64,000 nt of DNA. Source: an uncultured Christensenella sp. (GTDB lineage: Bacteria > Bacillota > Clostridia > Christensenellales > UBA3700). Numbering within the stretch: the first letter of the stretch is position 1; each line of letters begins with the position of its first letter. Positions 55,901-63,340 of the stretch are shown here, in pieces. Below the pieces are notes generated by a model. The model made no database searches. It was not told where the DNA came from and was given only the letters and a program-made list of their open reading frames with translations. The stretch is taken from the NCBI GenBank assembly GCA_949290515.1, contig CASERZ010000003.1, positions 2,961 through 66,960 on the forward strand. The letters are read 5' to 3'. The translations under genes and the position numbers were made by a program.

Positions 55901-57858
55901 AGGAAATCCCATATCTTGAGTTCTACGTCAAACGCAGGGTCGCTCTCGCCGTCGAGAACTGCCGCGTTTACTTTGACGCTGTCAAGACCTATATCCGAGA
56001 AGTTTACGGAGAGTACTATATCGGAGATATAGTCAGGGAAAGCAAAATTTATAGGTTGAGGATTGGTTTCGTTCTTAAGCAAATTATTGAGCGAAGAAAG
56101 GAAATCATTGTTGAGAATAATGTCGATTGAGTCATTGTCCGCAACTATATTCTCAGGCAACATCAGCAATTCGCCGATAACCTGTACAAATCTCTGCACC
56201 CCTGCTGATACGTAAATCTTGCCGTCCTCTCCCTCGCTGAGAGCAACTACGGAAGTGCCGCTTGCTTTTGCGCTGGAAAGAAGCTTGAGTACGTCAGCCC
56301 CGGAAGTGGTGGAAAGCTGTCCGTTATCCTCGACTTTCACATTGAGATTGCCGTTTTTGATATCGTCATAGCTAGTGCCGAATACTCCGTCAATCGCTTC
56401 GGTAACAAGGTCAACGATCGCATTGATGAGGTCGGACAAACCTGCATTAACCTTAAGGTTAACACCCTTCATATAGTCGGGAAGCAATCTGTCGAGATTG
56501 AGATAGAAGCTGCCCTCGGTATAGTAAATACCCATCTGAGGTACGGGTTGACCGCCCTCGAGCTCCTGATAATTACCGAACTGGTCGATAAGATAGAGTT
56601 CGATAGCAATCTTGTTGTTATCGACAGGCTTTCTGTCATAGTTAAGGTCGAGGTCCAATGCGAATTTCAACCTCAATCCCGTACCGCCTTCGAGCAGCAA
56701 TACGTCGAGAGGCAGTATGTTTTGTCCCATAAAGCCGTTGATAATCTTGCCGACGTCAAGCTGAGTCTTAGAGCCGTCGGGATTAATTCTCGTACCGAGC
56801 GTTAAGTCAATGGTAAAATTGATATTCGTAAGCGAAAATTCGCTAATCTCCATTTCGTCGATTGCGGGAATGGTCATATCACAGGGGGTATTACCCAAGT
56901 CCAAAGACAATTCGACCTTGTTAGTTTCTCCGTCACTGTGAGCTACCGAATCCAAATCCATATCGGTGAGCTTACCGTCAGCATCGAAGTCCGCGTCGAT
57001 ATAGAAATCAGCCTCAGGCACTACTTCAAGGAGATAGTTGAATATAATATTCAAATCCAAAGGAAGGTCGCCCAAATCAAACGCACCCAGAATACCGCTT
57101 GCGTTTTGCAGCAAATCTCTGAGCTTAATCTTCATACGTATGTTTTCGAGTACCTTGGTCTCCGAATTGTAAGTAGCGACAGGGTCCTCAAAAAGCAAAC
57201 CTATTACAAGACTCAATACGTCATCTATCGTCAAGCCCAAACTTTCGTCCAGCAAATCGTTGAGCATATCAATTAAATCGCCGAACAATTCAGGACTTTC
57301 CTTCATCATAGCGATGAGATAATTCATATCGAAGTCCGACAAATACAACAACGCTCTGTCATTGCCGAGTTCGTCTTTTCCGAGGTCTAAGTACGCCTTG
57401 CCATTGACTACGTAGAGAGCGAATTTCATAACTCTGCTTTCGTCAGGCTGGTCCTTGCCCTGCAGATATACGCCGAGCACCAACTCGTTCTTGACAGTAT
57501 CAAACAAGTTGACCTGGAACAACAGAGTGATTATCTCGTTGGTATCAGGCTTGTCGATTTTTACCTCGAAGTCGACACTCATCGTATCTTCTTCAGGACT
57601 GTCGGCGCCGTTGGCAATCTTGTTCAAGGCGTCATTCGGCGACATATAGGCAGGCACGTCGTCTTCTTCGTCTTCGTCACCGTCGTCGGGGGGACCATCA
57701 GGTCCGTCAGGCGGTCCCTGATTTTCGTCGCCGCTTACGTCTCCGCTAGGGTTTTCTTCTCCCTCGCCGAAGAGGTCGCACGCCGCAAAGAGCGACGAGA
57801 GCGCGAGTACAAAAATCATCACTAAAATTGTCAAAACTATAAGTTTAGATTTTCTCAT
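49951..57858 (-). CDS. giant lipoprotein 1 (2635 aa): lipobox, acidic linker, ~1650 aa of unassigned repeated modules, ~950 aa of Ig-like beta-sandwich repeats
   Basis: Start MRKSKLIVLTILVMIFVLALSSLFAAC at 57858 follows GGAGAGGAAATT. Acidic Pro/Asp/Glu linker. See findings for module structure. The C-terminal part has repeated P-x-TVTV-x-Y-x-(D/T)G...V-x-W-type units. Confidence 0.8.
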   Translation of the reverse strand: MRKSKLIVLTILVMIFVLALSSLFAACDLFGEGEENPSGDVSGDENQGPPDGPDGPPDDGDEDEEDDVPAYMSPNDALNKIANGADSPEEDTMSVDFEVKIDKPDTNEIITLLFQVNLFDTVKNELVLGVYLQGKDQPDESRVMKFALYVVNGKAYLDLGKDELGNDRALLYLSDFDMNYLIAMMKESPELFGDLIDMLNDLLDESLGLTIDDVLSLVIGLLFEDPVATYNSETKVLENIRMKIKLRDLLQNASGILGAFDLGDLPLDLNIIFNYLLEVVPEADFYIDADFDADGKLTDMDLDSVAHSDGETNKVELSLDLGNTPCDMTIPAIDEMEISEFSLTNINFTIDLTLGTRINPDGSKTQLDVGKIINGFMGQNILPLDVLLLEGGTGLRLKFALDLDLNYDRKPVDNNKIAIELYLIDQFGNYQELEGGQPVPQMGIYYTEGSFYLNLDRLLPDYMKGVNLKVNAGLSDLINAIVDLVTEAIDGVFGTSYDDIKNGNLNVKVEDNGQLSTTSGADVLKLLSSAKASGTSVVALSEGEDGKIYVSAGVQRFVQVIGELLMLPENIVADNDSIDIILNNDFLSSLNNLLKNETNPQPINFAFPDYISDIVLSVNFSDIGLDSVKVNAAVLDGESDPAFDVELKIWDFLIGTAKENLSVYIADRVNLENTSYADSLFSDKERKGLLDKILGGITMSSRITLNFNKGTYDLAPFIAGFGVSQLAQTEMLWTFTENFTLDAQLNVQIALDSLDAYNSQIVVELKTLTGIKVGGTSIIPADTVILGIYGYQNQIFIDVSNFKIASITLPKLNFSLNFTDLVYNLLGSTLGDLLEGAGMDSNLPFDFDLVELLGLNKTPGESADASAAATAYLADEAGSTGDGSTSEVPEEELQAIIFGLNCDKIYATVSLAAILSILSQTQTELGQTIAEALSLMELSLSFEMGRKNGFEFNFAGELIPMQDAEGNAVYYYDAEGNKLPCRDKEGNKIYYAPEDYARKEYNYGSGMTLSFVAGDDENPIIVGDIGDAKFDIAQKIGEFEAYQSDLVQAIIDTVGKATIRAKIDLQTLNNEMNLTKLINNILASAGRRLELPITLDLDDWNSFVELVVQWDLDLKNTANSTVVLTLSYEGKQIFGVYIYRNSLMIDLEGLGFFQVEITNSNIITKLFGALDGIVSDIQGLDLNEIINDLLADSGLPTLPGTGEDGNTDVEIATDEESAEGALDDTTMDIIEYVLRAVGFEDTKITINVTAALFAEIINTLAGMNLGMDISLAADLDLFGGNAFNFDIGVEDISAQVNMQLAIGESPVVNIDYDAIPDWDASNGETFTKALLDNLNIGFTLDIANFTGDTEVTKGSNQAMYTRVIIEKLQTSKTLTNLANTVTVPKGCFLITLAQIDSTRYENSNKGTMTPLIYVILDYTKPSQQMTLHICSGVINLVVDIGNTIGALSFDLDLVGMLSGTFDNLFAQIDDALDGIGSGDGSGDGGSEVPPTGEGTTGDGTQSGGETTATEPSPFDEIFANLDIVALLGGGINASLLSNGNFGVTVEFDPYLINKLLDDMLSLVFGPKTVLNLAELAPDMFSDNYLAYVNWTRELKGEANDGVSFWGTLSEQVVPILRDLVSSLGYGWVAPLITNALIGGVLGQVRNITAGILPFAVFNELTVNVEVADATIANISIDGFDWGQDIYDTNGQVAYSASKSGRKGNVNNNSVINRDGYFTSIKLYNTSDSVGKPVYGDDGGILFPEGIVTWNGIPMQITYDPYSYTNNAEGVASIIREHFSGKQASYQKAQELYKTAVVFKIVSENGTTVDKTIDQLNFNTPGTYVVRGTAAFANNVTRTIDTIITVLDDGGGIKSIDPVSMHVYDELPDFVTINLNDGTSRKIHTKYVTFSENAPQAYTEHTVAGKAAFANGTVVENVEFRYLDSTVTQINIDGATGNVITIDLYQYNIKSTKITDYISDTIFFKYADGLSTGLEVSRDWVAVGADEFFNRALDKDGVYSTNVSGTQFMAYAYIGSGATEQRVELIFTVNTKNVAKLTINGLENTLRVDPYRYYMYLITGDEQYNPFTTVATAEYYDKYMSADGTQEIIDSYSEDVKITWGDYSGIDFSWDNNNTNSQNIKVSLDNAEYSNSSFTWDFNTQVVVMRNEIEAVYFDEKLTQSMYYIDPFEYFINKELGKANYPDHAYVQFTNGKVYYMPIEWIGTEDFEVKYANQFAQLKVRIGMDYEGKLAGVIGDFEQTITVNVRVEDLNPVGINLAGSAYAGGTYYIDPVRVNYYGESVFPETVTVVYDTGKTTELPVHEWIWDYQDAGYVPMAGQKGMTATAVITDTYRYDVNVEILDRSALVTDLKSVDVDSYTFTYDENGNRVYSVFTDTLLLYQKVGTINLDSVTVNGNVNMGTIAATSDYSYYFSYIINYSQEVDGEVKDFVFTTKEWKEAADFVANNKSLITSTEVRINYTTPVTWDLSEINYAVSDVYNVKAIAGTGASQKVFRVSANVKAKTAEDISSVGGVNTYQVVTWGGTSLTENEKQTKKIVKNLNVYFTDGTNGNYECTIDISNLAYTADDAYTLLIVSDGNNIIYKDNAGNVLSTEEEIFNAAMSVKVTVFSGDIAIETTLKMHVVKQQINTASDSGAQG

Positions 57859-57911
57859 AATTTCCTCTCCTATATTAGTAAATTTATAGTGCACACCTAT
57901 TTTAAAAACGG

Positions 57912-57932
57912 TACCTTAAAAATACCTTAAAA
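57912..57932 (-). promoter_or_regulatory. two TACCTTAAAA direct repeats with 11-bp phasing, immediately upstream of a candidate -10 (TATAAA, 57883-57888): possible response-regulator site
   Basis: TACCTTAAAA at 57912-57921 and 57923-57932. Further copies at 57984-57993 (TACCTTAAAA) and 58107-58116 (TATCCTTAAA). No good -35 hexamer at the expected position. Confidence 0.4.
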
Positions 57933-58516
57933 TTTTTCGTTGCCCTTATATATATAGCGTTTCTGTAATACGTAAGGTGATACTACCTTAAAATTTCTGC
58001 TTTTTTTCGATGCTGAAAATGCACTTTTGTGCGTTTTGAGTTAGTTTCGCACATATAAGAATTTTTTTGCAATTTTACATAAAATTTACATTAATAAAAC
58101 TTAAACTATCCTTAAATTTTGCAAAATTTTTATTTTTTCCATATATCATTCTCCTTTTCGGATACTTTCTGCGGTAATCGGACGCGATTCATCGAAGAGT
58201 GACAAATTTCGTCGTTTTAAAGAAATATTTTGCCTTGCAATCAGCAAAATTTCAGCATTTTTTATGGACAAAACAGTTTTAAAATATGCACTATTTAATC
58301 AACAAAATCACTCTGCCACATCAGCAAGCAGTGCCGACGTATTTTTAAATAATCGGTCAAAAAACAAGCCGGTTTTTTATCAATTTTTATTCCTATATCA
58401 GCTATTTGTATACTTGTTTTATAAGTATATATTGATAGTCAATACAGAACGTAACAGGATAACGTATTATCATAAATATAGATGCCGCTAAAGCCGCAAC
58501 CGCTTATATACAAGAC

Positions 58517-58546
58517 GGAAAAAAGGCGCACGAAGACGCCTTTTAT
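58517..58546 (-). terminator. rho-independent terminator after the histidine kinase gene
   Basis: AAAAGGCG-cacgaaga-CGCCTTTT. On the minus strand the stem is followed by TTTTTTCC. Confidence 0.65.
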
Positions 58547-58580
58547 ACATATTTATTCTAAATTATAACGCTATACCGAC

Positions 58581-59843
58581 TCAGCTATTTTCGCCGGTCT
58601 TATCCATCTCTATATCCACTCGGAAACCGTGAGGTGAATTATGGCTAGCGTGCACATTCCATTTCAGCGTTTGCGCTATCGACTTGACTATGGACAATCC
58701 GAGCCCGCTGCCGCCTGTAGATTGCGTGCGCGAATTGTCGGCACGATAGAATCTGTCGAATATCTTTTCCAAGTCCTCATCGCTTACGCCTTTACCCGTA
58801 TCAGCCACGCTTACGTGCACTTTGGTAGACGTATGGCGCACTTGTATAATTACAGCATCTCCCTTACGCGTGTATTTAACTGCGTTGTCCAGCAGAATCA
58901 TTACCGCCTGTCTTATTTTATCCGCATCGGTAGTCGCCATAATGTTTGGCGCAATATCCGATATAAAAGTCTTGTCGTCCATTTCACACATCAGTTCGAA
59001 AGGCTCGACCAAATCCTGCAATAACTGCGATACGTTGCAGTACGTCTTGTTTACAACCACTCTGTTGTTGTCCGAGCGCGACAATTCAAGCAAATCGCGC
59101 ACCATTCTCTTCATTCTCGTAGCTTCGTCAAGAATTACCATCAGCTTGTCAGAACTGTCCTCTATGCTCTTGTCCGAATGCGCAAGAATATTGTCTACGT
59201 TAGTCTTGATTACAGCAAGCGGAGTATTAAGCTCGTGCGATATGTCGTATATCATTCTGTTACTGCTCGCAACAAGTTTTTTATATGGACGAATTCGGTA
59301 TTTGCTCATTATAGCGGAAAACACTATTACAAGCCCCATCGCAAGCAACATTATTGTAATCGATATAGCTGTTCCCTTCTCGAATATTGCGTTTTCACTC
59401 TCGATATCTCTGAATATCATAAGATGCGTTGCGCCGTATTCGTTTTCCTTAACCACATCCATCGAAAGCGCGATATAACTCTCCCCGTTAATCTCATACA
59501 CGCCCTCGCCGTCTATCGGCACGTACTTCTCGGGAATTCCCTCTACCGGTTGACTTCCCAGCCCCTTATCGTCAAGCCTGTTTCCCGACGCATCATAATA
59601 TATCACGTACCACGTATTAGTAAGCGTAGCGGCTTCCGAGCGCGTGAGAATTTTAGTCGTACCGAATTCCCTGCCGTACGTCTTTGTTCGTGTCATCAAA
59701 TCACTCATCAATTGATTTTTCCAAATCTGAATTATTAAAATGGTTGATAAAAGAAAAATCACAAAAGGAATTACAATGTTTAAAATATTAAACATTGTAT
59801 TTTTATCTATAGGCGTCTTTCTGCCGCTATCCTCAATCTTCAA
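58581..59843 (-). CDS. sensor histidine kinase (two TM segments, ~130-aa extracytoplasmic loop, HisKA, HATPase_c)
   Basis: H-box ISHELNTPLA, N-box LLDNAVKYT, G1 DTGKGV, G2 GGSGLGLSIV. Overlaps the regulator gene by 11 nt. Confidence 0.85.
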   Translation of the reverse strand: MKIEDSGRKTPIDKNTMFNILNIVIPFVIFLLSTILIIQIWKNQLMSDLMTRTKTYGREFGTTKILTRSEAATLTNTWYVIYYDASGNRLDDKGLGSQPVEGIPEKYVPIDGEGVYEINGESYIALSMDVVKENEYGATHLMIFRDIESENAIFEKGTAISITIMLLAMGLVIVFSAIMSKYRIRPYKKLVASSNRMIYDISHELNTPLAVIKTNVDNILAHSDKSIEDSSDKLMVILDEATRMKRMVRDLLELSRSDNNRVVVNKTYCNVSQLLQDLVEPFELMCEMDDKTFISDIAPNIMATTDADKIRQAVMILLDNAVKYTRKGDAVIIQVRHTSTKVHVSVADTGKGVSDEDLEKIFDRFYRADNSRTQSTGGSGLGLSIVKSIAQTLKWNVHASHNSPHGFRVDIEMDKTGENS

Positions 59844-60507
59844 CCTTTTCTCTCCACATATAGCCGATATTTTTTATCGTCTTGAGATAATCCTTGCAAC
59901 CGTACTTTTCAAGAATCTTGCGGAGATTGGACACGTAAACTTCTATAACGGTTATTACAGTGTCGCTGTCAAAGCCCCATATTCTGTTGAAAAGCTGCTC
60001 CTTAGGAATTATAATGTTGCGGTTGCGGATAAGATATTCGACTATATCGTACATCTTGCCGGCAAGCTTGACATATTCACCGTTGACCTTGAACATCTTG
60101 TTGGCAAAATCAAGCTCGATATTGTCATAAGTGTATTTGGTATGGAAATTATTATTGTATCTTCTCAACACCGCTTCGGCTCTCGCTACAAGCTCGTCTC
60201 TGTCGAAAGGCTTGGGAAGATAATCGTCCGCGCCGAGTTTAAGTCCTTCGATTTTCTTATCCGTGCTGCTGAGCGCGGTAAGAATGATTACGGGGCAGGT
60301 GCTCTTTTTCCTGAGTTCCTGCAATACTTCAAAACCGTTTTTCTTAGGAAGAAGCAAATCGAGAATAATGAGGTCGTAAGTGTTTGACTCAGCCATATAC
60401 AACCCCTCGAGTCCGTCGTAAGCGGCGTCGCTCGTGCCGAGTTTTCCCAAACAATCTCTGATGCTCTGATTAAGATTGATATTGTCTTCTATAACCAAAA
60501 ATTTCAT
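59833..60507 (-). CDS. OmpR/PhoB-family response regulator
   Basis: Start MKFLVIEDN at 60507 follows GGAGG. Receiver domain (DLIILDLLLPKKNG). Winged-helix C-terminus (VEYLIRNRNIIIPKEQLFNRIWG...IEVYVSNLRKIL). Confidence 0.9.
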   Translation of the reverse strand: MKFLVIEDNINLNQSIRDCLGKLGTSDAAYDGLEGLYMAESNTYDLIILDLLLPKKNGFEVLQELRKKSTCPVIILTALSSTDKKIEGLKLGADDYLPKPFDRDELVARAEAVLRRYNNNFHTKYTYDNIELDFANKMFKVNGEYVKLAGKMYDIVEYLIRNRNIIIPKEQLFNRIWGFDSDTVITVIEVYVSNLRKILEKYGCKDYLKTIKNIGYMWREKVED

Positions 60508-60553
60508 ACGTACCTCCGCCGACCGTGTCGGCAAACAATTATTGTTTATAATC

Positions 60554-60583
60554 ATTATAACACACCCTGTAACGGTTTAGCAA
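60554..60583 (-). promoter_or_regulatory. candidate promoter of the two-component operon (TTGCTA-18 nt-TGtTATAAT, extended -10)
   Basis: Minus strand reads TTGCTAaaccgttacagggtgTGTTATAAT, about 45 nt upstream of the regulator ATG. Confidence 0.45.
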
Positions 60584-61263
60584 TAACAAAATAAAACAGT
60601 ATCAAACTATATCCCGCTTGACGCAAAGCTCTTACATTAAGCGTATAAAAAATCTTTTGATTACATTGAATTGATATCCGTTTTGTGAATATTTTATTCT
60701 CCTGTCAAACGCAGTTTTTTCAAACTTGTAGCGATTTTGTTTTGAACACGAATAAAATTGTCAATATCTCTCTGTCCTCTTTTCATAAAAACCCGGACAA
60801 AAGTTTTGCGTTTTTTGCAAATCTGTTTTGGTATCGGCGCCCGCATTTTCGCCGTCTCTTTTGCGCCTCTCGAAAAACACCTTTCTAGCCCGCTAATTTA
60901 TCAAAAACCGCTTTATTTACTGATATATTTTCCACCTTATGTTTTTATATACCGCTTGCAATAAAAATAGACTGTAACAGATAAAATAAACGTTTATAAG
61001 TTCCCGCCTTTTTCTCAACCTGAAACTTTTATTTTGAATGCACTTTTAGCGCGGCAATTTTCTTTGCGCGCGCCGATACGCGCTCACGGACGTTACACAA
61101 AGTTAATCTCTCTTGCTTTTGCAACCGTTATGTCCATAAATTTTTAGCCAGATATTTACTCTGTTTTAAGGCTATTACTTTTGAATTTTTATTTATGTAA
61201 ACCTCAACAAACGTCTTTGAAAAAAAGTTTTTCCTTAACTTTTTTTAAGTTTGAATAGCCCCG

Positions 61264-61296
61264 TATAAAATCCGCCGCCCGTGCAATCGGGCGGCG
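61264..61296 (-). terminator. candidate terminator downstream of the NlpC/P60 gene
   Basis: CCGCCGCCCG-tgcaat-CGGGCGGCG. On the minus strand it is followed by ATTTTATAC. Confidence 0.5.
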
Positions 61297-61378
61297 ACAG
61301 TGCGCAATCTTTACGGCAAGGCTATGCTTGTTTCTCGCGCCTTTTGCCTGCCTGTTCAAGATTGATTGAGCAATATCA

Positions 61379-62242
61379 CTATACCAGTCTCTTGGCTACT
61401 ATAAAGTACTTCCATCTCGTGCTGCTAATCTCTTCGATTACCGCAAAATCGCTTGCCGTATGCAGTATGTAGTTATCTCCGAGATAGAGCGCGACGTGTC
61501 CTATTCTTTCAACTCCGCTGAGATTATACCTCGACGAATTCGTGAAAAACATCAAATCGCCTCTCTGCAAATCCCCGCTCACGACCTCTCTTCCTTGCAG
61601 TACCTGAGTACGTGTCGTCAAATCGAGGTTTATGTTTGCTCCGTGATAATATATATACTGCATTAAAGCCGAGCAATCGTACTCTCCTTGCACAAAATTG
61701 GAATTGAGCTTTCCGTTGCCCCAGTGATAACGCTGACTGCCCCATACGTAAGGATAACCCATAAGCGTTTCGCCTATCGCGATTACACTTTCTACTTTTT
61801 CGTTGCTTTGCGTCATTTTCACTATGTAGGCATAATTGTTACCCGCATAAACGTAAGCTGTCTTTTGCTTATATACGGTCTTATACCAACCGTTTACCTC
61901 TCCTTCAAAACGCAGCATATCGCCTTTATCCATTTTACCTACTATCGTCGCTCCGGTATTCGGTGCAGAACGGATATTGAGCGATGACGTGTTGCTCTTA
62001 ATCATATACGAATAGCTTACGGCGGGAGCTAGCGTATCTTCGTTGTCGGGAGTTTCTTCCTCGTCCTTCTCATCGTCCGACCCGTCTTCGGGAAGAGAGG
62101 GAAGTCCGCCCTCGGGCTGGAACTTATCCCAGTCCACAACCCAGTCTTTTTCACCTGCAGGAGTCGCGCACGCCGCAAAAGTAAAGGCGCAAATAAGCGT
62201 ACACAACAAAACGGTGATACTTGTTTTCGTCAGTCTTTTCAT
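61379..62242 (-). CDS. SH3b-NlpC/P60 peptidoglycan endopeptidase lipoprotein
   Basis: Lipobox LICAFTFAAC. Acidic linker. SH3-like LNIRSAPNTGATIVGKMDKGDML...GWYKV. Catalytic DCSALMQYIY and GHVALYLG. RBS AGGAGG. Confidence 0.85.
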   Translation of the reverse strand: MKRLTKTSITVLLCTLICAFTFAACATPAGEKDWVVDWDKFQPEGGLPSLPEDGSDDEKDEEETPDNEDTLAPAVSYSYMIKSNTSSLNIRSAPNTGATIVGKMDKGDMLRFEGEVNGWYKTVYKQKTAYVYAGNNYAYIVKMTQSNEKVESVIAIGETLMGYPYVWGSQRYHWGNGKLNSNFVQGEYDCSALMQYIYYHGANINLDLTTRTQVLQGREVVSGDLQRGDLMFFTNSSRYNLSGVERIGHVALYLGDNYILHTASDFAVIEEISSTRWKYFIVAKRLV

Positions 62243-62525
62243 ATATACGACCTCCTTTGTCTTTTGTACTTACATTTTAGCAGAGGAGGGCAGGGGAGGG
62301 CAATGCACAAAATTTTCCAATTAGGCGAGCGCGTATAGCGGCGCGTTCGCTCACCTCGACGAAATACCCACGCTTCCGAAGTGTCGAAAGCGTAAGGCAA
62401 AATGTCGGGTTCGCTCTATACCGACCAAACGAAACGGTGTATATTCGACAAGCGAATAAAACCGTTTGTCGGTACTGTCTTCAAGCGGATAGCGCAATTG
62501 ATAATCGAAACAGACAGATATCCCG

Positions 62526-62649
62526 CGCGCTTGGAGATTGGCGGAGAGTTAGTTTTTTTGCGGTTAAGCGCGACGGGAGCATACTAGCCGTATGTGACCT
62601 AGCGCGCACACCGCACAAAAAGCTAAATATGCGCCGATATACAAGCGCG
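62526..62649 (+). repeat. structured intergenic repeat, unit D
   Basis: Nested complementary pairs: CGCGCTTG/CAAGCGCG (outer), TTAGTTTTTTTGCGG/CCGCACAAAAAGCTAA (middle), GCATAC-tagcc-GTATGT (central). Confidence 0.8.
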
Positions 62650-62702
62650 TAAGACGTGCGTATATATGCCCGCACATATACGCATACACACGTTGGAAAC
62701 TT

Positions 62703-62741
62703 AATTTATACAATTTAAGCCTTATGTAAATTGTATAAATT
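62703..62741 (-). repeat. 39-bp hairpin repeat, copy 5 (loop AGCCTTATG, i.e. inverted orientation)
   Basis: Arms are identical to copies 1, 3 and 4. Followed by the ATTATATTATAATATATAT AT-rich flank, as at copy 1. Confidence 0.9.
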
Positions 62742-62884
62742 ATTATATTATAATATATATATGGTATTTGACTTTGCTTATAGCGCGCATTTACGGCAAG
62801 CGAAAAAGGAAAATATAATTACTTACTTCGTGCGAGTGTCGCAGATAAAGGCAAAATATGCGCCGCTAGTATTACATACTTCGT

Positions 62885-63010
62885 GCGACCGCAGAGATTG
62901 GTGCAGAGTTGCGATTTTGAAGAGAGTTCGCGAGCGGCGCGTACTAGACGTACGTAACTAACGTGGGCGTAGTGAGGATAAAGGCTAAAAGTGTGCCGCT
63001 AAATATTACT
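62885..63010 (+). repeat. structured intergenic repeat, unit A (5' half identical to unit C, divergent 3' half)
   Basis: 62876-62935 is identical to 63166-63225. Central CGTAC-taga-CGTACG. The 3' half no longer complements the 5' middle helix. An internally deleted copy lies at 62824-62875. Confidence 0.75.
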
Positions 63011-63042
63011 ATACTAATAAATAATTTATTACAAAACTTCGT

Positions 63043-63156
63043 GCGAGCGCGGAGAGTGGTGCAGAGTTTGTCTTTTCCAGACTGAGCGCGACAGGCGCAT
63101 ACTTTGCGTATGTAACTGAGCGCGAGCGTCGCAGATAAAAGGAAAAGGCGCGCCGC
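63043..63156 (+). repeat. structured intergenic repeat, unit B
   Basis: Middle helix CTTTTCC/GGAAAAG. Central GCATAC-tttgc-GTATGT. The ends GCGAGCGCGG...GGCGCGCCGC are shared with unit E. Confidence 0.75.
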
Positions 63157-63174
63157 TAGTATTACATACTTCGT

Positions 63175-63300
63175 GCGACCGCAGAGATTGGTGCAGAGTT
63201 GCGATTTTGAAGAGAGTTCGCGAATGAGCGTACTTGTCGTACGTGACTGAGCGCAACTACTCGCGCAAAATCGCAAATATGTGCCGATATATGCGGTCGC
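63175..63300 (+). repeat. structured intergenic repeat, unit C
   Basis: Outer GCGACCGCA/TGCGGTCGC (9 bp). Middle TTGCGATTTTG/CAAAATCGCAA (11 bp). CGCGA/TCGCG. Central GCGTAC-ttgtc-GTACGT. Confidence 0.8.
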
Positions 63301-63311
63301 CTAAAAAAAGG

Positions 63312-63340
63312 TTGTCTTTATTAAATATTAATGCTATAAT
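63312..63340 (+). promoter_or_regulatory. candidate promoter (TTGTCT-17 nt-TGcTATAAT, extended -10)
   Basis: Located 19 nt upstream of the ATG at 63359, so the leader would be short. Confidence 0.45.

Noticed and set aside
58101-58142. 13-codon upstream ORF (MEKIKILQNLRIV) with a strong AAGGAG RBS in the leader of the giant operon.
   Set aside because: It is very short and sits in AT-rich DNA where such ORFs arise by chance. It also lies upstream of the best promoter candidate, so it may not be transcribed with the operon. I cannot support it without TSS or Ribo-seq data.
62800-63300. Possible CRISPR array, because of regularly recurring sequence.
   Set aside because: The period is ~115-145 bp. 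The 'repeats' are long, imperfect and internally self-complementary, with no short constant repeat or unique-spacer organisation. No cas genes or leader are present in the window.
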